From: Vicinamibacteria bacterium
GTDB lineage: Bacteria > Acidobacteriota > Vicinamibacteria > Fen-336 > JAGNNV01
NCBI GenBank assembly: GCA_044229175.1
Contig: JBGATM010000009.1
Location: 71,700-135,699, forward strand
DNA: 64,000 bases
Direction: 5' to 3'
Positions 35,247 through 44,829 of this stretch are shown one piece after another (within the stretch, counting starts at the first letter, position 1; the number at the start of each line of letters is the position of its first letter). The notes below the pieces were generated by a model. It did no database searches. It was not told where the DNA came from and saw only the letters and a list, made by a program, of their open reading frames with translations. The position numbers and the translations under genes are program-made.

Positions 35247-36883
35247 GCGGCAACCGCGAGTCGCAGGGCTTCTGGTCCCGCTACGTCTTCTCCCTCGACC
35301 ATCGCGTCATCGGCCTCCAGTATCTGCTGACCTCCATGGGGATGGCGCTCGTGGGCGGCCTGCTCGCGCTGATGGTCCGGATGCAGATCGCCTGGCCCTC
35401 CCACGAGTTCCGCGCGGTCTCGAGGTTCCTGCCCCAGGGGTTCGACGAAGGGATCATGAAGCCCGAGTTCTACGCGGCGCTCTTCACCATGCACGGGACG
35501 ATCATGATCTTCTTCGTCCTCTCCGCGGCCCTCATCGGGGGTTTCGGGAACTACCTGATCCCGCTGCAGGTGGGCGCTCGCGACATGGCGTTTCCCAGAC
35601 TCAACGCCTTGTCCTACTGGATCTACGCGATCTCGTCCGTGGTGATTCTGGTGTCGTTCTTTACTCCCTCCGGCCCCGCGGCCTCGGGATGGACGGCCTA
35701 TCCGCCGCTCTCCGCGCTCAAGGGGGCGATCGCAGGATCGAATCTCGGCCAGGACCTGTGGCTCCTGGCCATGGCTCTGTTCATCGTCAGTTTCACCCTG
35801 GGCGGCCTCAACTTCCTCGCCACCATCGTGGCCATGAGACGGCCCGGCCTTCTCATGATGGACCTGCCGCTGTTCACCTGGTCGATGCTCTTCGTCGCGA
35901 TCCTGGGCCTGCTCGCCTTCCCCTCGCTCACCGCGGCCGCGACCATGCTTCTCCTCGATCGCCATGCCGGCACGAGCTTCTTCATCCCCACGGGCCTGGT
36001 GCTTTCCGGAGAGGTCGTTCCGGGCGGCGGCGGCTCGCCCATCCTGTGGCAGCACCTGTTCTGGTTCCTCGGGCATCCCGAGGTCTACATCATCATGCTG
36101 CCTTCGCTCGGGATCACCTCGGACCTGTTCACCGTGTTCACGGGAAGGCGCGTGTTCGGCTACCCCTCGATGGTCTACGCGATGGCCTTCATTTCCGGCA
36201 TGAGCTTCCTGGTGTGGGGGCACCACATGTTCGTGTCCGGCATGAGCCCGTTTCTCGGTTCGGCCTTCGCGGTGACCACGACACTCATCGCCGTGCCCTC
36301 CGGGGTCAAGGTCTTCAACTGGATCGCCTCCCTGTGGAACCGGCCGTTGCGCTTGACCACCCCGATGCTCTGGGCGCTCGGGATCTTCTCGCTCTTCGTC
36401 ACCGGCGGGCTTTCCGGGATCTGGCTGGGCCAGACCCAGATCGACATCCAGCTCCACGACACCGCCTTCGTGGTCGCCCACTTCCACATCATCATGGCCG
36501 GCGCGGCGCTCTTCGGGGTGTTCGCCGGGGTGCACTACTGGTTTCCCCTCTTCTTCGGACGCCTCATGAACGAACGGCTGGGAGCGGCGCACTTCCTCCT
36601 GACCTTCGTCTTCTATTACGCGACGTTCTTTCCCATGCATCTGGCCGGGCTCCGCGGCCAGGTCCGCCGCGTCTACGATCCCTATCAGTACGATTACCTG
36701 AAGCCGCTCGCCCCCATGAACGCCTTCATCACCTGGGCCGCGGTGGCCCTCGCCATCGCGCAGATCCTGTTCCTCGTGAACTTCTTCTGGAGCATGAGAC
36801 GGGGCGCCAAGGCCGGTGCGAATCCCTGGCAGGCGCCTTCTCTGGAATGGTCCGAACCCGCGGTCGAAGGGGAGAGCGAGTGA
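35243..36883 (+). CDS. coxA: Cytochrome c oxidase subunit I (heme-copper oxidase).
   Basis: Canonical HCO motifs (WFFGHPEVY-like LFWFLGHPEVYI, HHMFVSGM, FVVAHFHIIM). ATGA overlap with coxB. Confidence 0.9.
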   Translation: MSGNRESQGFWSRYVFSLDHRVIGLQYLLTSMGMALVGGLLALMVRMQIAWPSHEFRAVSRFLPQGFDEGIMKPEFYAALFTMHGTIMIFFVLSAALIGGFGNYLIPLQVGARDMAFPRLNALSYWIYAISSVVILVSFFTPSGPAASGWTAYPPLSALKGAIAGSNLGQDLWLLAMALFIVSFTLGGLNFLATIVAMRRPGLLMMDLPLFTWSMLFVAILGLLAFPSLTAAATMLLLDRHAGTSFFIPTGLVLSGEVVPGGGGSPILWQHLFWFLGHPEVYIIMLPSLGITSDLFTVFTGRRVFGYPSMVYAMAFISGMSFLVWGHHMFVSGMSPFLGSAFAVTTTLIAVPSGVKVFNWIASLWNRPLRLTTPMLWALGIFSLFVTGGLSGIWLGQTQIDIQLHDTAFVVAHFHIIMAGAALFGVFAGVHYWFPLFFGRLMNERLGAAHFLLTFVFYYATFFPMHLAGLRGQVRRVYDPYQYDYLKPLAPMNAFITWAAVALAIAQILFLVNFFWSMRRGAKAGANPWQAPSLEWSEPAVEGESE

Positions 36884-37428
36884 GCGCCCTGGCCGCGACA
36901 CCGTTGGGACGTTCGCCCGCGTTCGAGAGCGCCACCCGCGTCGCGGTGGTGGCGGCGCTCTCCGCGACCACCATGCTCTTCGCGTCCCTGGTGAGCGCCT
37001 ATCTCGTCCGCCGGTCGTTCGCGGACTGGAGGCCGTCGCCCGCCTTGTGGCCGGCGGCGCTGCTCGTCCTCGCGTTCGCCGCGTCTTCAGCCATCGAGGT
37101 CGCGGCCCGGCTCGAGGGAAGACGGAGACGTCTTGGTTTCATGGGACTGGCGCTCTCGAGCGGCCTGTACCTCGTGGGGGCTCTCGCCGTGATCGCGTCC
37201 GTGGTCTCGGGCGCGGGCGGGCTCGAAATGCCGTTCAACGCCTTCGTCGTCCTGCTTCTGGGTGTTCATGCGGTTCATGCGATCCTGGGCGGGGCCTTCG
37301 CATTCTGGATCCTGCGCGCGGAGGCGGGGGGGCCATCGGAAAACGCCCTCCTGCTTGCGCGGCTGGTGACGCACTTCCTGACCGCGCTCCTGTGCGCGAT
37401 CGTCTTCCTCCTCTTCGGCCTGCAATGA
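36880..37428 (+). CDS. Cytochrome c oxidase subunit III-like membrane protein (N-terminal part of a split subunit III).
   Basis: GTGA overlap with the coxA stop. 182 aa with four hydrophobic helices. Confidence 0.55.
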   Translation: MSALAATPLGRSPAFESATRVAVVAALSATTMLFASLVSAYLVRRSFADWRPSPALWPAALLVLAFAASSAIEVAARLEGRRRRLGFMGLALSSGLYLVGALAVIASVVSGAGGLEMPFNAFVVLLLGVHAVHAILGGAFAFWILRAEAGGPSENALLLARLVTHFLTALLCAIVFLLFGLQ

Positions 37429-38036
37429 CCGCTACCGTCCCCTCCCGCACCGTCCCGCTCATCCAGTGGCCCGCGTACCGGCTGGCCGTGTGGGCGTTCC
37501 TGGTCAACGAAGGGTTTCTTTTCGGCTCGATCCTCGCGGCCGGACTCTTCCTGCGCTTCGGCGGCACCGTCCCCTGGCCGCGTCCGGGCGATGCCCTCGC
37601 GCTTGGTCCGGTGGTTCTCGCGACCCTCATCCTGATCGCCTCGTCCGCGACCCTGAACGAGTCGCTCGACGCGCTTCGCCGGGGCAATCCGATCTTCTGT
37701 CGGAGGTGGCTCGTCTGGACCCTGCTCGCCGGCTCCCTCTTTCTCGCCATTCAGGCCTACGAGTGGTCCGACGTGATCGGCACCGCGCGCGCCCTCTCTA
37801 CGCTCCCGGGTGTTCCTCTGGTTTCAAACCCGTGGGGCGCTTCCACCTTCATGCAGGTCTTCTTCCTGGCCACCGGGCTTCACGGCCTGCACGTGGCCCT
37901 GGGCCTCCTCCTCATGACCTGGCTCCTGGGGGCGAAGGCGCCCGTCGACGAGAAGCGGCTCGAGAGCGTCGCCTTGTACTGGCACTTCGTCGACTTCGTC
38001 TGGATCTTCATCCTCTCGACCTTCTACTTCTTCTGA
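37425..38036 (+). CDS. coxC: Cytochrome c oxidase subunit III.
   Basis: C-terminal hallmark ALYWHFVDFVWIFIL. ATGA overlap with the preceding gene. Confidence 0.8.
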   Translation: MTATVPSRTVPLIQWPAYRLAVWAFLVNEGFLFGSILAAGLFLRFGGTVPWPRPGDALALGPVVLATLILIASSATLNESLDALRRGNPIFCRRWLVWTLLAGSLFLAIQAYEWSDVIGTARALSTLPGVPLVSNPWGASTFMQVFFLATGLHGLHVALGLLLMTWLLGAKAPVDEKRLESVALYWHFVDFVWIFILSTFYFF

Positions 38037-38043
38037 AACGAAC

Positions 38044-38349
38044 ATGATCGACCCGCTTCGACCCTACTGGCCGACCAACCGGAGCATCGCCGGGATGCTC
38101 GTGCGGAGCCTGTGCGTGTTCTCGGCCGCGGGCGCCGTCGCCTTCGGGGTGTCCCGTTCCTTCGCGTTCTTCGTGGTGATGCCCGCGGCCCTCGCCCAGG
38201 CCTCGCTCCTCGTCTTTGAATGGATGGAGCTGAAGCGCACCCACCGCTCCGGCCTGATCGCCGGCGGCATCGTCGCCTTTCTCTTCCTGGCGCTCGTCCT
38301 CGTCCTGGTGATCGAGAGCCGCTCGGTTCTCATGCTGTCGGTGCGATGA
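38044..38349 (+). CDS. Small membrane protein, probable oxidase subunit IV-like.
   Basis: 101 aa, three hydrophobic helices, located in the cox operon. Confidence 0.45.
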   Translation: MIDPLRPYWPTNRSIAGMLVRSLCVFSAAGAVAFGVSRSFAFFVVMPAALAQASLLVFEWMELKRTHRSGLIAGGIVAFLFLALVLVLVIESRSVLMLSVR

Positions 38350-38651
38350 AGCAACCTCGGCGGATTCTCTGGCCATGCCTCGAGCCCCTCGCGGGCTCCG
38401 TGGCCCTCGGCCTCCTCGCCCTTTTCGCAGGCTCCACGGACGCGTCCGCCCAGTGCTCGCTGTGCCGTGACGCGGTGGCCGCGTCGTCCCCGCAGACCCG
38501 CGAGGCCATGAACTACGCGATCATCGGCCTCGCCATGGCGCCTTATGGCGTGGTCGCGCTCGCCGCCTGGACTCTCTCGCCCTCGGTGCGCGCGGGCGTG
38601 CGCGCGCGGCTCCGGCGGCTCCCGTTCCTCAGGCCGGGGAACCCGTCGTGA
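38346..38651 (+). CDS. Small secreted/membrane hypothetical protein with CSLC motif.
   Basis: ATGA overlap with the preceding gene. Signal-like N-terminus. Second hydrophobic segment near the C-terminus. Confidence 0.4.
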   Translation: MKQPRRILWPCLEPLAGSVALGLLALFAGSTDASAQCSLCRDAVAASSPQTREAMNYAIIGLAMAPYGVVALAAWTLSPSVRAGVRARLRRLPFLRPGNPS

Positions 38652-39061
38652 CCTCGCCGCTGTGGCCCGCGATCAACGCGGGGTTCAACCTCACCTCCGC
38701 GGTCTGCCTGCTCTTCGGATACCTGAGCATCAAGCGAGGGCGGAAAGAGACGCACCGGCGCTTCATGCTCGCGGCCTTCTCGTGCTCGGTCGTCTTCCTG
38801 ATGAGCTACCTCGCCTACCACTTTCAGGTGGGCTCGGTGAAGTTCTCCGGTCACGGCCCGATGCGCACCCTCTATCTCGGAATTCTCCTGAGCCACACCG
38901 TGCTCGCGGTCCTGGTAGCACCTCTGGCCATCGCCACCTTGAGCCGGGCGCTGCAGGCGCGCTTCGATCTTCATCGCCGGATCGCGCGGGTGACCTTCCC
39001 GATCTGGATCTACGTATCGATCACCGGTGTCGTCGTCTACCTGATGCTGTACCAGATGTGA
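38648..39061 (+). CDS. DUF420-family membrane protein (commonly encoded in cytochrome oxidase operons).
   Basis: Four TM helices. Conserved H and Y pattern of DUF420. GTGA overlap with the preceding gene. Confidence 0.6.
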   Translation: MTSPLWPAINAGFNLTSAVCLLFGYLSIKRGRKETHRRFMLAAFSCSVVFLMSYLAYHFQVGSVKFSGHGPMRTLYLGILLSHTVLAVLVAPLAIATLSRALQARFDLHRRIARVTFPIWIYVSITGVVVYLMLYQM

Positions 39062-42024
39062 GACGCGTCCTCTTCTTCCTGGCTCTGGCGCTTGGGCTCG
39101 TCGGTTCGGCCCGGGGGGACGAGGTGCAGGCTGCGCGCGATCGGGCCCTGGCTCTGCTCAACCGCTCGGTGGCCCTGTCGAGCGCGGTGGCGAAGGAGTT
39201 GAAGACGGATCAGTCGAGGTCGGAGATCTTCGCCGTCCTGCTCAAGGCGGACCGGCAGGATGGCTCGAGCATCGGCGTGTACGACGCGGACAGCCGCAGG
39301 GTGGCCTGGGTCGGCTCTCCCATCGATCCGCTGCGCCTTCCCGAGGTGGACCCGTCCGCACCCGCCCGCTTCGTGGCCGCGACCCGCTCCCGGGCCGCGC
39401 TGGTGGTGACCGCGATCGGACCCGGGCCCTGGTTCGTTCTGGTTTCGACGCCCCTTCTCGAGACCCGGCGCGGCGAAGGAGACCAGATGGAGGTCGTCGA
39501 TGTCCTCGATCCCTCCCGGAAGCTCGGCCTGGACTACTCGGATCACTCCGAGCCGGCCCCGGGCGACCACACTCGCGAGAGCATCACCGTGCTCGGCGTG
39601 ACCTTCGCCCGGATCTCACCGCACTCGGCCGAGACCCACGGCGGCGCCGTCCTCCCCGTGAATCTTGAGATGACCTCGCTCCTCCTCTTCCTCCTCTTCC
39701 TGTCCGCCCTCGGCGCCACCTACCGATTCGCGCGGCTCGACTTCGAGAAGCCGCGGCCCTTCGTCCTCGCCCTCCTGTGTACTCTCTCGGCCCTCTCGGT
39801 CACCGCCCTCGTGGCCGAGTTCGCGGCCCGGGCGAAGGAGCGCGATTCGGTGAGGCGCGAAGTCGAGTCCGTCCTTCGCGCGCACCTCCGTCCGCTCGAG
39901 GCCACCCTTCTGGCCACGGAGAGGGTGATCGATCAGGCGCGCCTCTTCGAAGCCTCGCCCGCCGGGCGCTTCGGCACGGAGGAGCTCGCCTTCGATCTGT
40001 GGTCGGACTCGGCTCTCTCTCAACCCTTCCTTCCTTCCTTCGTTGAAGTGCTGGACCGGTCGGGGGCGGTGGTGAGCCGGTATGCGCGGGACGTGCCGCG
40101 CGGTCCCAAGCCTCCGCTGCCCACCAGCGGGTCGTGGCCCCGGGCCACGACCCTCCGAGGCGGCGGGGACCTGGCCCAGGCGCGGGGACTCGTGTCGGAG
40201 CGTCTTCTTCTCTCCGCGGGCGAGCTCCTCGGCGCCGTCCGCATCGGCGCGGTCTCCGATCTCTCCCTGGCTCTGCGGATGCTCTCCGAGGAAAACGGGG
40301 TTCGGCTGGTGGGGATGCGCGGGCCCGCGGGAGAGTGGATCCAGGATCCGGCGGTGGTTCCCTTCGCTTCACTCCCCGGACCGGGAGGGGCCCGCATCGA
40401 AGTCCCGCTCGACCAGCGGACCTACGTGTTCGAAATCGCGGGCGCCACCCCCAGCGCGCCCTTTCGGACCCTGGGGGTAAGGCTCCTCGGCCGGGGCCTC
40501 GGGCTCGTGGTTCTGGCCCTTGGTCTGGGGGCGTGGTTTGGCAACCGGAGTCGCGCGCGCGCGGCCGCCCTCGGCCTCTTCCGCCGCCATTCGTTCCGCC
40601 TGTTCGTGGCCTTCCTCACTCTTTCCGCCCTCTCGCTGTTCTTCTTCCAGACCCTGGTCCGCGACTTCGTGGCGCAAAGGCTCGTGTCCGAAACCGAGAC
40701 GGAGGCGAGGCGCATCGCCGCCATCGCGCGCAAGTCCTTGAGCGACCTCTCGGCTTTCCAGGAAGCGGAGGTGCTTGGACCCCTGGCCATCTCCGACGCG
40801 GCCATCTCCTGGGTCGCGGCCCTCGTCTCCAACGACCTGGAGCTGTTCGACGAATCCGGCGAACTCGTGGCCACCAACGTGAGGGAGGACGTGGACGCGG
40901 GTCTTCTTTCGAGGCTCGCTCCTTCCGATGCCTACAACCGTCTGGTTCTCGCCGACGGGGACATGATGTTCCACCGGCCGCCCGGCGGCCTGGTGCCCTC
41001 CGCCGTCTCGGCCCGTCTGGTTCTGCCCGCGGGCCGCACCGGGCTGGTTCGCGTCAATCTGCAGAACCGTGAGGCCCAGGTGGCCGCGGTCTTGAGCGAC
41101 CTCGACACGCGCATGAGGATCGCCGCCCTGTCCCTTCTCGCCGTCGCCACCATGCTCGCCTGGTTCCTGGCCCGGAGAATTTCCGGGCCGGTCCTCGAAA
41201 TGACCGTGGCCTCGCGCCGCATCGCCCGGGGCGATCTTTCCGTGCGGGTGCCGGTGCGGACCGGAGACGAGGTGGGCGAACTCGCGCATTCCTTCAACAC
41301 CATGGCCCACGACCTCGCCCGGCAGCAAAGGGAGATCGAGCGTCGGGAACGGCTCGCGGCCTGGGCGGACATGGCGGCTCAGGTCGCCCACGAGGTCAAG
41401 AACCCGCTCACCCCCATCCAGCTTTCCGCCGAACACCTGCAGCGCGCGTACCGCGCGAGCGGCATCGTCTCGGAGAGCTTCGAGTCGGTGATCGCGGTGT
41501 GCACCCGCACCATCCTGGAATCGGTGACCAAGCTTCGGGACATCGCCTCCGAGTTCGCGGCCTTCGTGCGGGAGCCGGTGGATCGCAGCGAGCGCGTGGA
41601 CATGAGCGTTCTGACCCGGAGCGTGATCAAGCCCTATCAAGACGTGCTCCCCGAGGGACTTCGGCTGGTCGCGCGCTTCGGCCCCCCCTGCCCGGTTCGC
41701 GGCGAGTCGAAGCTCATCGAGAGGGCGATCCGGAACCTTCTCGAGAACGCCGTGCAGGCGGTGGGGAACGCAGGCGAGATCAGGATCTCCTGTCTTCCCG
41801 TCCGGGAATCCTCGGAGCTCGTGATCGAGGACACCGGGCCGGGCTTCGACGAGGAGACGCGCGCCCGACTCTTCGAACCTTTCTTCTCCACCAAGACTCA
41901 GGGCTCGGGCCTCGGTCTCGCCCTCGTCAAGAAGGTGGCGGAGGATCTCGGCGGCTCAGCGTCACTCGAGCGCGATGGCGAGGTCACTCGCGCCACTCTG
42001 CGGCTTCCCCTCTCGGCGGGCTGA
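39058..42024 (+). CDS. Large sensor histidine kinase (signal peptide, ~700-aa extracytoplasmic region with internal TM segments, HAMP, HisKA, HATPase_c). No adjacent response regulator.
   Basis: GTG start overlaps the DUF420 stop (atGTGa). H-box AHEVKNPLTPI. N, G1 and G2 boxes (NLLENAVQA, DTGPGF, GSGLGLALV). Confidence 0.8.
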   Translation: MRRVLFFLALALGLVGSARGDEVQAARDRALALLNRSVALSSAVAKELKTDQSRSEIFAVLLKADRQDGSSIGVYDADSRRVAWVGSPIDPLRLPEVDPSAPARFVAATRSRAALVVTAIGPGPWFVLVSTPLLETRRGEGDQMEVVDVLDPSRKLGLDYSDHSEPAPGDHTRESITVLGVTFARISPHSAETHGGAVLPVNLEMTSLLLFLLFLSALGATYRFARLDFEKPRPFVLALLCTLSALSVTALVAEFAARAKERDSVRREVESVLRAHLRPLEATLLATERVIDQARLFEASPAGRFGTEELAFDLWSDSALSQPFLPSFVEVLDRSGAVVSRYARDVPRGPKPPLPTSGSWPRATTLRGGGDLAQARGLVSERLLLSAGELLGAVRIGAVSDLSLALRMLSEENGVRLVGMRGPAGEWIQDPAVVPFASLPGPGGARIEVPLDQRTYVFEIAGATPSAPFRTLGVRLLGRGLGLVVLALGLGAWFGNRSRARAAALGLFRRHSFRLFVAFLTLSALSLFFFQTLVRDFVAQRLVSETETEARRIAAIARKSLSDLSAFQEAEVLGPLAISDAAISWVAALVSNDLELFDESGELVATNVREDVDAGLLSRLAPSDAYNRLVLADGDMMFHRPPGGLVPSAVSARLVLPAGRTGLVRVNLQNREAQVAAVLSDLDTRMRIAALSLLAVATMLAWFLARRISGPVLEMTVASRRIARGDLSVRVPVRTGDEVGELAHSFNTMAHDLARQQREIERRERLAAWADMAAQVAHEVKNPLTPIQLSAEHLQRAYRASGIVSESFESVIAVCTRTILESVTKLRDIASEFAAFVREPVDRSERVDMSVLTRSVIKPYQDVLPEGLRLVARFGPPCPVRGESKLIERAIRNLLENAVQAVGNAGEIRISCLPVRESSELVIEDTGPGFDEETRARLFEPFFSTKTQGSGLGLALVKKVAEDLGGSASLERDGEVTRATLRLPLSAG

Positions 42025-42036
42025 AGCCCCGCCTTT

Positions 42037-42453
42037 CTAGAGACGCCCGGTCGCGCGACGGGCTTTCTCGATGACGCGAGCCAGGTCGGGGGTGAGGTCG
42101 TAGTCTCCGAGCGACCCCGCCGGCGCCCAGACCGCGTCGAGCGCGTCCGAGGCCGCGGCCAGCGTGCCCGAGACCGGATGGGCCGCGTAGTCCATGATGA
42201 CGTAGTGGAAGCCTTCCTCGCCGGGCGTGATGGCCTCGATGATCTCCACGAACGTCTCGATCTCGATGTCGATGCCGGTTTCCTCGCGCACTTCCCGGAC
42301 CGCCGCGTCTTCAAGGGTCTCGCCCCACTCCAGGGTCCCCCCGGGGACCATCCAGCGGCCAAGATTCGGGGCCTTGCCCCGTTTGATGAGGAGGATCTCG
42401 TTGTCGGCGCTGAAGACCACCGCGCCGACGCCGATGAGCGGGCGCCTGTTCAC
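42037..42453 (-). CDS. NUDIX hydrolase.
   Basis: Nudix box GGTLEWGETLEDAAVREVREETGI. Confidence 0.8.
   Translation of the reverse strand: MNRRPLIGVGAVVFSADNEILLIKRGKAPNLGRWMVPGGTLEWGETLEDAAVREVREETGIDIEIETFVEIIEAITPGEEGFHYVIMDYAAHPVSGTLAAASDALDAVWAPAGSLGDYDLTPDLARVIEKARRATGRL
42045..42068 (+). terminator. GC-rich hairpin GCCCGG-TCGCGCGA-CGGGC followed by TTTCT. Putative intrinsic terminator between the convergent kinase and nudix genes.
   Basis: Inverted repeat and T-run read directly from the sequence. Confidence 0.3.
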
Positions 42454-42471
42454 CAGGGGTTGTCCAGGTGC

Positions 42472-43269
42472 TCAGGGAGTCGCGGCTGTGGGCTCGGGGG
42501 CGGGCGTTGGAGCCTCGGTGCTGACCGCGCCTCCTCCATCTCCCTTGCGCCGCACCAGGCCGATCAGATAGGCGACGGGCCCGGAAGCGGTGTAGCCGCA
42601 GGACCAGAGGAGAAGGGCCCAGGCGGGCTCGGTCGCGATCAGAGCGAGGAGCGCCGCGATTCCCACCATGGCGAAATAGCTGCGACGGCTCCGCAGGTCG
42701 AAGGTCTTGAACGACCAGTAGCGCAGGGTGCTGACCATCAGGAACGCGCCGATGACCAGGAGAGTCATGGCGAAGGCGGCGCCCACGCGGTCGTTCATGG
42801 GCTCGGGCCGGAAGTAGATGATGGAGATCACGAAGCCGGCGGCGGCGGGAGAGGGGAGGCCCACGAAGTAGCGGCCGTCCACCACCTTCCTCTGGACGTT
42901 GAAGCGGGCCAGCCGGATGGCCGCGCACATCACGAAGAAGAACGCGGCCAGGAACGACTTGTGCAGCGTGGCGAGCCCCCACTGGTAGGCGATGATGGCG
43001 GGAGCCACGCCGAACGACACGATGTCCGACAGGCTGTCGAGCTGCGCGCCGAACTCCGAGGTGGTGCCGGTCATGCGAGCGATCCGCCCATCGAGCATGT
43101 CGAAGATCACGGCGACCACGATGAGCTGGGCCGAGGTCTCGAATTCCAGACGGAGCGAATAGATGATCGCCGAGAAACCGAGGAAGAGGTTCCCGATGGT
43201 GAAGAGGCTCGGCAGGAGCGCCGCGCCCTTCTTGAGCCCGGGTTTCTTGAGGCGGTCGGTGATGGTCAT
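42472..43269 (-). CDS. pssA: CDP-diacylglycerol--serine O-phosphatidyltransferase.
   Basis: CDP-alcohol phosphatidyltransferase motif DMLDGRIAR...GAQLDSLSD. Confidence 0.8.
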   Translation of the reverse strand: MTITDRLKKPGLKKGAALLPSLFTIGNLFLGFSAIIYSLRLEFETSAQLIVVAVIFDMLDGRIARMTGTTSEFGAQLDSLSDIVSFGVAPAIIAYQWGLATLHKSFLAAFFFVMCAAIRLARFNVQRKVVDGRYFVGLPSPAAAGFVISIIYFRPEPMNDRVGAAFAMTLLVIGAFLMVSTLRYWSFKTFDLRSRRSYFAMVGIAALLALIATEPAWALLLWSCGYTASGPVAYLIGLVRRKGDGGGAVSTEAPTPAPEPTAATP

Positions 43270-43916
43270 GACGCGGGACGCTTCGGCGAGGGTTCTTGAA
43301 GGTGCGCGATCACGGAGCTTCCCCCGCTCACCCGGTCGCCCACCTTCACGTCAATGGTCGTGCCCGGGGGAAGGAACACATCGGTGCGCGATCCGAACCG
43401 GATGAGGCCCACCTGTTCGCCCCGCGCCACCACGTCTCCGACCTTCTTGCGGAACACGATGCGCCGGGCGATGAGTCCGGCGATCTGGGTGAATCCGACC
43501 CGGCCCTCGGGCCCCTCGACGAAGGCGCGATTCTGCTCGTTGCGCAGCGATGCCTTGTCGTCGAAGGCGGGAAGGAATTCGCCCTTGTTGTAGACCACGT
43601 CGGTGATCCGGCCCGCGATGGGGGCGCGATTGATGTGAACGTCGAACACCGAGAGGAAGATGGAGATCTGGGTCGAGCCTTTTCCCGCGGGGTGTCCCTC
43701 GGGGGTCGGAACGATCAGCACCACCTTGCCGTCGGCCGGTGAGACCACGAGCCCCGGCCCCTGGGGAATCTCGCGGAAGGGGTCGCGGAAGAACGCGGTC
43801 ACGAAGACCGCGAGGATGAGGAGGATGGCGAAGGCCCGCCATGAGAAGTACGCCGAGGCGGCGGCGATCACGATGGCGGCAGCGACGAAGGGCAGGCCTT
43901 CAGGAGCGATCTTCAA
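43266..43916 (-). CDS. psd: Phosphatidylserine decarboxylase (short type).
   Basis: C-terminal FGSRTDVFLP (GST-type self-cleavage site). 4-bp overlap with pssA. Confidence 0.8.
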   Translation of the reverse strand: MKIAPEGLPFVAAAIVIAAASAYFSWRAFAILLILAVFVTAFFRDPFREIPQGPGLVVSPADGKVVLIVPTPEGHPAGKGSTQISIFLSVFDVHINRAPIAGRITDVVYNKGEFLPAFDDKASLRNEQNRAFVEGPEGRVGFTQIAGLIARRIVFRKKVGDVVARGEQVGLIRFGSRTDVFLPPGTTIDVKVGDRVSGGSSVIAHLQEPSPKRPAS

Positions 43917-44021
43917 AACGGGTGATCCTTAGTTTCCGCAAAACGACGACCGAGACACCCCGCGGGCGGGGCGTTCCTGGGCCGCCGGGCACGTCTCGAG
44001 GGGGTCTTTAGACGGGCAGCG

Positions 44022-44240
44022 TCAATGAGATTTCCGCGCGATCTCCTCCATGCGGTCGCGGCCGGCGAGCTTCAGCTTCTTGAGCTTCGATTCCTCGATC
44101 TGTTCGGCGTCGGTGAGGACCACCTTTTCAGAGAGGGCTTTGAGACGATTCTCAAGCTCCGTGTGCTCCTGGTAGAGCCTGCGGTATTCCTCGTTGCTTG
44201 CAAGCAGCGACTCCCGAGACACGGCGTTCAATGACGGCAT
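44022..44240 (-). CDS. DUF465 (YdcH-like) small coiled-coil protein.
   Basis: Characteristic EEYRRLYQEHTELENRLKAL...LTDAEQIEESKLKKLKL pattern. Confidence 0.5.
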   Translation of the reverse strand: MPSLNAVSRESLLASNEEYRRLYQEHTELENRLKALSEKVVLTDAEQIEESKLKKLKLAGRDRMEEIARKSH

Positions 44241-44322
44241 CGTGAGACCTCCTGGTTTTGCTATCGAAGAAGAAGATTCGCTCCTCAAGGTCAAGGGAGG
44301 AGGTGGCTTCAGGACTTCGACC

Positions 44323-44829
44323 CTAGCACGCGTTTCTTGGAGCTTTCAACCCTGTTTCATGGCTCATTTCCAGTCGCATCAGGATCGCATCTTCGACGGG
44401 TTCGGCGTAGAAACCCCGGCGCCGCTGGACCTCCCTGAATCCCGCGGCGGCGTAGAGTTTCCGGGCATCCCGATTCCCCTCTCGAACTTCGAGGAACACG
44501 CTTTTGACGCCGCTGGCCGCGGCTTGGTCGAGGAGAGACGAGAGCAGATGCCGGCCCAACCCGCGTCCCCGCCGGTCCTGGCGCACGGCCAGATTCACGA
44601 TGTCCATGTCCGGGACCTGGATGCGGGCCACCACGAACGCGACGACGACGCCCGCGGACCTGAGAACGAACAGGGTGGGCGGGGCGTGTCCGAATTCCGC
44701 CGAGAACGCCTCGCGGGTCCAGGCCCGCGGAGAGTCGCGCTCGATGGACGCGAGAGCGTCCAGATCACCCTCGCGGGCGGGACCGAACTCGACCGCCAGG
44801 GGAGCGCTGTCGTCGGGCCCGGCCATCAC
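44323..44829 (-). CDS. rimI: GNAT acetyltransferase, ribosomal-protein-alanine N-acetyltransferase RimI-like.
   Basis: GNAT motif A QDRRGRGLGRHLL. Lies adjacent to tsaB, as in many genomes. Confidence 0.7.
   Translation of the reverse strand: MMAGPDDSAPLAVEFGPAREGDLDALASIERDSPRAWTREAFSAEFGHAPPTLFVLRSAGVVVAFVVARIQVPDMDIVNLAVRQDRRGRGLGRHLLSSLLDQAAASGVKSVFLEVREGNRDARKLYAAAGFREVQRRRGFYAEPVEDAILMRLEMSHETGLKAPRNAC

Noticed and set aside
35171-36901. 576-aa - strand ORF and the long N-terminal extensions of + strand ORFs 34841-36883, 35689-37428, 36816-38036 and 38545-42024
   Set aside because: Only the portions downstream of the ATGA/GTGA-coupled start codons show protein-family motifs. The upstream parts overlap real genes in other frames.
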